Of a DNA stretch of 64,000 nucleotides, positions 58,124 to 64,000 are shown one piece after another; within the stretch, counting starts at the first letter, position 1; each line of letters begins with the position of its first letter. The notes under the pieces were generated by a model. The model was given only the letters and a program-made list of their open reading frames with translations, was not told the origin of the DNA and searched no databases. The DNA lies in the IMG/VR virus record IMGVR_UViG_3300035208_002115; one strand, 5' to 3'. The translations under genes were made by a program, and so were the position numbers. This DNA is from a virus. Its lineage: Duplodnaviria > Caudoviricetes.

Positions 58124-58423
58124 TTATAATTTAGATACACCACCATACCCAACTACAAAAAATAATTTACCATCTACTTCATAAAGAAAAGTTGATGGTT
58201 CATCTCGAACAGTTCTTTTTTCGATTAATTTTATCCTTGGTTCGTTCTTTGTTATGTCAATATTTGGATTTTGTATCACAGGGAACGAATCAAAATCTGA
58301 TTGATGTACTGGTATATCAATTAATTCAGAAGATTTATTTTCTTCTTTACAAGAAAATATTATTATTAGTATTAATAATGATACTAATGCCAAGATGAAA
58401 TTTTTGTGATTAATTGGTTTCAT
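58124..58423 (-). CDS. Putative lipoprotein
   Basis: Hydrophobic signal ending IFSC followed by KEENK. Confidence 0.7.
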   Translation of the reverse strand: MKPINHKNFILALVSLLILIIIFSCKEENKSSELIDIPVHQSDFDSFPVIQNPNIDITKNEPRIKLIEKRTVRDEPSTFLYEVDGKLFFVVGYGGVSKL

Positions 58424-58433
58424 ATTATAAATT

Positions 58434-59036
58434 TTAGTTTTTATTTTTTTTTATCTCACAACAACCTGCTCTACAAGCAGTGTCATTATGTGTCGTTATA
58501 GCTGATAAACATCTCCAGTAACCACCACCATCTTCAAGCGTGTTCATTTTATTCATAGCACCATGCTTCTTACAATGTGGTGTACCATTTTTAATTTCAA
58601 CTAAATCGAAATCAGCATAATTTATTGGAATGATATTTATTTCAATCTGGTGAGTTAAATCTTTAAATGGTAATTCACTATCACTTAAAAACATGTAAAG
58701 ATTTTGTAAATGACTTACCGAATGAGCAAAACAAAGAAGTTCTCCTTTTGGATAATAAACTGGAAAATCGTTACCTTCACATGCTTCCACTACTAAATTT
58801 CCAATATCATAAAAACGCCTGAAACCAACTTTGTGTGATGGTTCAAATCCAAGATTGAACATTAATATGGATGCTGTTAATGGTATATCGGTGTACTTAT
58901 TTAAATAATTACCAGTCAAGATATAATAGTGGATATGTCGGTCAACTATAACAACAATTTTGTTATATTTTCCAGTATTGAGGTCGAGTTCTTCAGACCA
59001 CACTGCATTTCCTATATTTATCCGTTTAATATCCAT
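58434..59036 (-). CDS. Hypothetical two-domain protein with Cys-rich C-terminus
   Basis: IGN...IPLT...LGF...HLQNLY; CKKHGAM...WRC...CRAGC. Confidence 0.7.
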   Translation of the reverse strand: MDIKRINIGNAVWSEELDLNTGKYNKIVVIVDRHIHYYILTGNYLNKYTDIPLTASILMFNLGFEPSHKVGFRRFYDIGNLVVEACEGNDFPVYYPKGELLCFAHSVSHLQNLYMFLSDSELPFKDLTHQIEINIIPINYADFDLVEIKNGTPHCKKHGAMNKMNTLEDGGGYWRCLSAITTHNDTACRAGCCEIKKNKN

Positions 59037-59046
59037 TAATTATCCA

Positions 59047-59238
59047 TTAATTTAAAATGAAACGACAACTTCCAAAACTTGTTAAATGCCCATCATCATC
59101 ATTCAACCAAAAATTTGAACCTTCAACATCTACAATAGTGTACTTATTACCAACAGTAACGTTTGGTTTATAGAATCTCAACTGTGGTAATTCTTTAAGT
59201 TCTAATTTCTGCCCGATATATGATTTTAATTCATTCAT
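59047..59238 (-). CDS. Hypothetical protein
   Basis: Early-type cluster. Confidence 0.6.
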   Translation of the reverse strand: MNELKSYIGQKLELKELPQLRFYKPNVTVGNKYTIVDVEGSNFWLNDDDGHLTSFGSCRFILN

Positions 59239-59240
59239 GT

Positions 59241-59519
59241 TTATTTATCAAAATCACTTACACTTCCGTTTTCTTCTTTTTTGATATCCTCATAAGGACT
59301 TGCGACAGTTCGGTAAAATTCCATTTTGGCACAATCGATAGCACCCATGATATTATTCATGTTCTGGTATTTTTTCCCTCTTTTTTGAAGAATTTTGTGC
59401 ATCAACAATGAAATACAATAATTTAAATCACCATCTGTTTCTATGTTGTCTGCAAGTTTCTGTACTGGTTCTTCAAATTTTATTCTATCTTCTTTGGTTG
59501 TTTCGTGTATTACAGCCAT
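59241..59519 (-). CDS. Conserved phage protein (DUF6899-like)
   Basis: GDLNY.IS...Y..MN..MGA.DCAK.EFYR.VA.PYED.K..ENG. Confidence 0.65.
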   Translation of the reverse strand: MAVIHETTKEDRIKFEEPVQKLADNIETDGDLNYCISLLMHKILQKRGKKYQNMNNIMGAIDCAKMEFYRTVASPYEDIKKEENGSVSDFDK

Positions 59520-59583
59520 AATGTTTTACATTTTTAATGGAACAAATATAATAGAAATAAAAATATAAAAAAATAATAATAAG

Positions 59584-60069
59584 TTAAATAATTTCTATAT
59601 TTAGTGGTACACCTTTATATGTAGCATCACCCCAACCACTGACGAACACTTTTTTCCCTTTCCACTCTGAGAAATCAATATTACAGAATCTTTTTATTTC
59701 TGGTTCAATATTATCCAGATTAAGTCCCCGACAATGACCTTTAGCAATAGTCATTATAATGTACCTTCTTGCCCGTTCTTGGTATGTTTCTATATCGTCA
59801 AATCCTAATAACTCAGCTTGCTGTATTGCAAATTTTTCACATGCATATTCTCGTTGATACAATTTACCAAAATAGCCATCGATAACATGTTTGATTTCAT
59901 GTATACCAACACAGAACCTATCCAAATCCGTAGGATGGGGTATTTTTACTTGTTTATCATTCCAATACGCCCTTCCACAAGATGTGCGAGACCATTTGAC
60001 CACTTCTATTTTATATTGCTTTAAAAGCCTTTTAAGATGCTTCTCGGCTATGTCTTTATCGAACTTCAT
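59584..60069 (-). CDS. HExxH zinc metallopeptidase-like protein
   Basis: GRAY...IHEIKH...REYACE. Confidence 0.7.
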   Translation of the reverse strand: MKFDKDIAEKHLKRLLKQYKIEVVKWSRTSCGRAYWNDKQVKIPHPTDLDRFCVGIHEIKHVIDGYFGKLYQREYACEKFAIQQAELLGFDDIETYQERARRYIIMTIAKGHCRGLNLDNIEPEIKRFCNIDFSEWKGKKVFVSGWGDATYKGVPLNIEII

Positions 60070-60070
60070 A

Positions 60071-60349
60071 TTACTCTATTATTGTGATTATTTTATACCA
60101 CAATTCAGTTCTTGTGTTTCCACAGGAAATACAATCTCTGAATATTAAAGTATCACCATTATCCATAGTTGAACCAACAGTGCCGTGCTTCCAATAACTA
60201 TTCACTGGTCTGTCAACAAACCTGACAACTGCATCACCTTTTTCAAAGGTGGTAGATAATACACATTTTTTACCGTCAACTTCAGCTATAAAAGCTGATG
60301 TGAAAATATCGGTATTATATTTATAACCTGTTAACTTTTCCATTTCCAT
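60071..60349 (-). CDS. Hypothetical protein
   Basis: Early-type cluster. Confidence 0.65.
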   Translation of the reverse strand: MEMEKLTGYKYNTDIFTSAFIAEVDGKKCVLSTTFEKGDAVVRFVDRPVNSYWKHGTVGSTMDNGDTLIFRDCISCGNTRTELWYKIITIIE

Positions 60350-60351
60350 AA

Positions 60352-60534
60352 TTATCTTAATTCATATCCTGAAACTAATCCAGCTTTTTCCCATGCTTTA
60401 ACTTCTTTTCGAGCTTCTTCTTCAGTTTTCAAAAAGTTCTTTCTAATCGTAGTCCGTTTCTTACTACCAATAGGACATCCTTTCGGTAATATAGTTGTAA
60501 CGACATAAGGGTATTCTTTTTTAGTTCGTATCAT
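60352..60534 (-). CDS. Hypothetical protein
   Basis: Early-type cluster. Confidence 0.6.
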   Translation of the reverse strand: MIRTKKEYPYVVTTILPKGCPIGSKKRTTIRKNFLKTEEEARKEVKAWEKAGLVSGYELR

Positions 60535-60546
60535 AATATAAATTTT

Positions 60547-60843
60547 TTAATAAGGACAAAATTCTTCGTATGTCATTATTTGATTTACATTATTCCATTT
60601 ACTGGTATCAATTTTATCTATTGAACCTGTTTTAGAATCGAAAATTTTTACTCCCCTACATATTTTTTTACCTTCTACTGATTTGTATGGTAATTTATCC
60701 AGTTTTGGTGAATATAAATTAATAGATTCCTGACTTGTATTCTTAACAAGTATATGAGTGTTTTTTTGTGTCTCATAAATAGAAAACCATTCTAATTTTA
60801 AAATAGATTCCATTTTTAAATATCCAATATTTTTTACTATCAT
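60547..60843 (-). CDS. Hypothetical protein (start likely MIVKN)
   Basis: ORF track, trimmed to avoid overlap with the upstream gene. Confidence 0.6.
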   Translation of the reverse strand: MIVKNIGYLKMESILKLEWFSIYETQKNTHILVKNTSQESINLYSPKLDKLPYKSVEGKKICRGVKIFDSKTGSIDKIDTSKWNNVNQIMTYEEFCPY

Positions 60844-60853
60844 AATTAAAATA

Positions 60854-61708
60854 TTATTCAGGTAAATACATCCATTTAATAACATCTAAGCTATATGACA
60901 ATTCTGAATCATCATCAACTGTTCTCCAACTATGGTCATCCCAATTACCATATTTTATGATGGCTGGAACTTGTTTTCCACTTGACCATTGTAATATAGC
61001 CACTACTGGTTTTTCTGGTTCAGGGGCATTGGTATATTTCCCTTCTTTTAATTCCAAAATAGTCCAAGGAGATTCTGTTTTTTTATTATTTTGTATAATT
61101 TTATCTGCCCTATCTCTCGCAATTACAAGACCGACAGTTTTGCCACGAGAAAAGGACTTTGTTTGCATCGGGTCTGTTTTCATATCCAATAGCCCAGTAT
61201 CACCTTTTAATATCCCATTGTTTATTTTTATTACCTCATCAGATAATGATTTAGATAAATCACAAATAGCATCATACAAATCATTATATGAAAATGCTTG
61301 GGTTTCAGTGACTTTGTTAATTTCGGATTCAGGTATTGGTTCGGACGTTATTTCAGGTTCAGATTTAGGTTCAACTTCTTCTTTCACTGATTTTGATACT
61401 TCAACACCATCTTTATATATGGGTAATTCTTCAAGACCCATACCATCTATTGACACTGGTTTTGTTTTTATAGTTTTACCCTTTGGAGTTAATATATAGG
61501 AGAAATGGTCTCTTGCACCAGCCTGAAAAATTAACCCCATTTCAACCAATCGGAAAAATAACCCATTATTGATACGAAATTGATATTTCGAACTACACAC
61601 CAATGCACCAGACATTTCCATGTCTGTAATTAATTCCCAACCATTCTGGAGTAGATACATTACAGAATTCTGTTTTGGTGTTAATTTTTTATTTTCTGAG
61701 TTGTCCAT
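60854..61708 (-). CDS. Mosaic protein: winged-helix-like N-terminus, DUF551-like C-terminus
   Basis: LTPKQ...LTPKG; E/P-rich linker; VIKWMYLPE. Confidence 0.55.
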   Translation of the reverse strand: MDNSENKKLTPKQNSVMYLLQNGWELITDMEMSGALVCSSKYQFRINNGLFFRLVEMGLIFQAGARDHFSYILTPKGKTIKTKPVSIDGMGLEELPIYKDGVEVSKSVKEEVEPKSEPEITSEPIPESEINKVTETQAFSYNDLYDAICDLSKSLSDEVIKINNGILKGDTGLLDMKTDPMQTKSFSRGKTVGLVIARDRADKIIQNNKKTESPWTILELKEGKYTNAPEPEKPVVAILQWSSGKQVPAIIKYGNWDDHSWRTVDDDSELSYSLDVIKWMYLPE

Positions 61709-61709
61709 A

Positions 61710-62045
61710 TTATTTTAATTCGTTTAATGCTTCTAATCTAAAATTCTTAAATTCCTGTTCAGTTGCAACAGTAACATAATCTCTTAGAATATAAGTAATA
61801 TTCTCATCTATTACATTATTTGATACATGAATTATATCACTTATGATTGAGGTATTTAAACTAAATCCTTTAACTACTTTAATCACGAGTATATAACTAA
61901 TTAATTTTTTGTCGTGTGTGTGATATACTGGAAACATTTTAACAATAGAATCTTTTTTATGATTCCACCATCCATAGTAAGGGAAACTAACATCTAATGT
62001 TAATGTTTCATTTACCACTTTCGTATTGTTGACTTGTATATTCAT
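61710..62045 (-). CDS. Hypothetical protein
   Basis: First ORF after TATTTTTG (62069-62076, minus strand). Confidence 0.7.
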   Translation of the reverse strand: MNIQVNNTKVVNETLTLDVSFPYYGWWNHKKDSIVKMFPVYHTHDKKLISYILVIKVVKGFSLNTSIISDIIHVSNNVIDENITYILRDYVTVATEQEFKNFRLEALNELK

Positions 62046-62156
62046 TTGTAATCAATTTAAAAATATCTCAAAAATAATATATTTAATATTATAAAAAAAA
62101 TCGTGTTAATCTATTATCAAAAAATAATATATAAAACAAAATAAAATAGGTGTTTC

Positions 62157-62978
62157 ATGCTTAATTATAAATTATTTGAATTCTTAAATAAAGCCAAAAT
62201 AATACTTAAACAGAATGATATTCCAGAGACTAATCCAGATTTTTTAAAATTAAAAGATTTATTAAAAAATAATATGGGTTATATCGGTAAATTTACTGAA
62301 TGGTTAGTAAGAGACCACGAATTATTTGATAAATTAAAAGAAGTATTTAATGAATTACAAAACACACCTAATTTAGATATTAAATGGGATTCTTTTGATA
62401 AGTTGGAAAAACTGTATGATTATCTTCAAAAATTTAATGCAAATAAAAAAATAAATCAGGTTTTAAAAGCTTTACCATCCAGAACCAGAGAATTAGTTAA
62501 TGATGAATTAAGAAATTTAATATTATTAAACACAGAATATTCTAAACCTTTAATTACTTTTTATTCAAAAAAAGGTGGTCGTTATAAAGATATTGAATCT
62601 CTAATAATTGATACTGAAGATTTCATTGATAATTTAAAAGGTGAATTTAACCTTATTGCATATCTCGAAAAAATAAAAGGATATAATGTCGATATTATAG
62701 AAGCCAGAGAAGATGTTTTGATGATTAAAGTAAACGATTATGAAGCTTCTTGCGCTTTGGGTTCTAAACTTTGGTGTATTAGCACATCTAAAGAACATTT
62801 TGATAATTACGCCAATGCATTTAAAGTTCAGTTTTTTATTTATGATTTCACCAAAAAACGTTCAGATATACACCATATGATTGGTGCTACGATAAATCCA
62901 CAGGGAGATATAGTAAACGCTCATTGGGCAAATGATGACTCAGTTGAAGATTATTCTATATTTGATGAGATGGGTTAA
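62157..62978 (+). CDS. PcfJ-like domain protein with CTS-like N-terminus
   Basis: MLNYKLFE; YEASCALGSKLWCIS...F.NY. Confidence 0.55.
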   Translation: MLNYKLFEFLNKAKIILKQNDIPETNPDFLKLKDLLKNNMGYIGKFTEWLVRDHELFDKLKEVFNELQNTPNLDIKWDSFDKLEKLYDYLQKFNANKKINQVLKALPSRTRELVNDELRNLILLNTEYSKPLITFYSKKGGRYKDIESLIIDTEDFIDNLKGEFNLIAYLEKIKGYNVDIIEAREDVLMIKVNDYEASCALGSKLWCISTSKEHFDNYANAFKVQFFIYDFTKKRSDIHHMIGATINPQGDIVNAHWANDDSVEDYSIFDEMG

Positions 62979-63193
62979 TTATAATGTTCTATATAATAAT
63001 CAAATAATTCACTTTCTGATAGATATTTATAATGACCTTTAATATCATACATCAATATATTACCTCGTATAGTTGTGGTTTGTCGGTCTTTCCAGTCTAA
63101 AAAGAAAATGATAGTATTTATTGTAATGGTGGTTTCTAAAATCATAATTAAATTACAATTAAAATCTATTAATAGATTGGGTTGATAATCCAT
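62975..63193 (-). CDS. Hypothetical protein
   Basis: ORF track; start uncertain. Confidence 0.45.
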   Translation of the reverse strand: MDYQPNLLIDFNCNLIMILETTITINTIIFFLDWKDRQTTTIRGNILMYDIKGHYKYLSESELFDYYIEHYN

Positions 63194-63402
63194 TTATCAC
63201 ACTTATCATCGAACATATCAATCATGGCCTTTGGATTTTTACACACACAATTACATTCAGCTATTTTACAAAACCCAGCTTCGGCCATAAAATGTATAAA
63301 ATTCAAACAACTACCACAACAAAGAAGGAACATTTCCTTTTCTTTTTGGAGTGCTTCTTCTTCATTAAAATTGGTTTTATCAGGTTGTGATAAATTTTCC
63401 AT
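63169..63402 (-). CDS. Small Cys-rich protein
   Basis: CCGSC..F...GFC...C.KW. Confidence 0.6.
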   Translation of the reverse strand: MENLSQPDKTNFNEEEALQKEKEMFLLCCGSCLNFIHFMAEAGFCKIAECNCVCKNPKAMIDMFDDKCDKWIINPIY

Positions 63403-63447
63403 ATTATTTTTTTAAATATATACGAATGTAGTAAATAAAAATATAAT

Positions 63448-63948
63448 ATGATAAAGAATTTTTCGTGTTTTTTAAATGAGGGAATCAGAGATGATGTTAG
63501 AATGGCAAAAGAATACGCTATGGATGTTTATAATGGTGAGGATTATGCTGGGATGGACTATGATGAAATCGAAGAAAGATTGATAGATTTTGCAAGAAAC
63601 GAATTTCCATATGGATTACAAAAAATACCAAAAAAATTAATACTTTATAGAATAATTAATGTTAAATCAGAAAAAGATATAAATAAAATTAATTTGGGTA
63701 AACATTATGTGGGTGATAAAGATATGATATTAGACAGTGAATTTTTATTTTCTGCTTCATTATTGAGTGGTGACCCTATTCATAGATGGTTTATTATAAC
63801 AATTAAAACCACACCTGATAATTTAGATTATAGAGATATGTTAGGAAACAGAGCAGAATACCCATTGGAATATGAATATTCACTATTAAATGATAAAGAC
63901 TTGGAAATCTTAAACATTGAAGAAATTGACCCAAATGAATATAATTAA
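63448..63948 (+). CDS. CTS-bearing protein, possible ART fold
   Basis: MIKNFSCFLNE; ILYRII...LGKHY...EYEY. Confidence 0.55.
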   Translation: MIKNFSCFLNEGIRDDVRMAKEYAMDVYNGEDYAGMDYDEIEERLIDFARNEFPYGLQKIPKKLILYRIINVKSEKDINKINLGKHYVGDKDMILDSEFLFSASLLSGDPIHRWFIITIKTTPDNLDYRDMLGNRAEYPLEYEYSLLNDKDLEILNIEEIDPNEYN

Positions 63949-64000
63949 TGCTTATATTTATTTTTATAATATTTTAACCTCAGACATCATACTGGATAGT

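Noticed and set aside
1-64000. Stop-codon reassignment (TAG or TGA) as in some Bacteroidota phages
   Set aside because: All long conserved genes are intact in code 11, and TAG/TGA end genes at sensible points (e.g. after DDLPF, ATGA overlaps)
1-64000. tRNA or rRNA genes
   Set aside because: No cloverleaf or T-loop signature noticed in the short intergenic regions; not verified computationally

Overview
Very AT-rich, gene-dense 64 kb segment of a large (jumbo-type) T4-like myophage genome in the standard genetic code. The host is probably Bacteroidota, inferred from TAnnTTTG promoters, a Bacteroidota-like class II RNR and lipoprotein/secreted ORFs. Nucleotide metabolism genes: thyA, nrdJ, Nudix, HAD. 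Replication/recombination genes: gp32-like SSB, UvsX/RecA, gp41/DnaB helicase, Holliday junction resolvase, a possible clamp-loader small subunit. Structural and lysis genes: gp6-, gp5-, gp27-, gp53-like baseplate proteins, an S74 tail fibre, and a spanin-like/GH73 pair. There are also homing endonucleases and many small accessory ORFs. Main observations: (1) the helicase is fractured at its Walker A motif by an atypically split intein (39-aa IntN, 121-aa IntC) with a free-standing Vsr-like endonuclease between the halves; (2) at least 9 otherwise unrelated proteins share an R-x-x-K-[LI]-x-x-I-[FL] helix, mostly near the C-terminus; (3) about 14 proteins carry an N-terminal peptide resembling the T4 capsid-targeting sequence, including ADP-ribosyltransferase-like, Nudix and HAD cargo; (4) a promoter-proximal ~135-nt rod-like RNA; (5) three recurring promoter-like motifs that sort by gene class. 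All family assignments come from motif recognition by eye; no searches were run.
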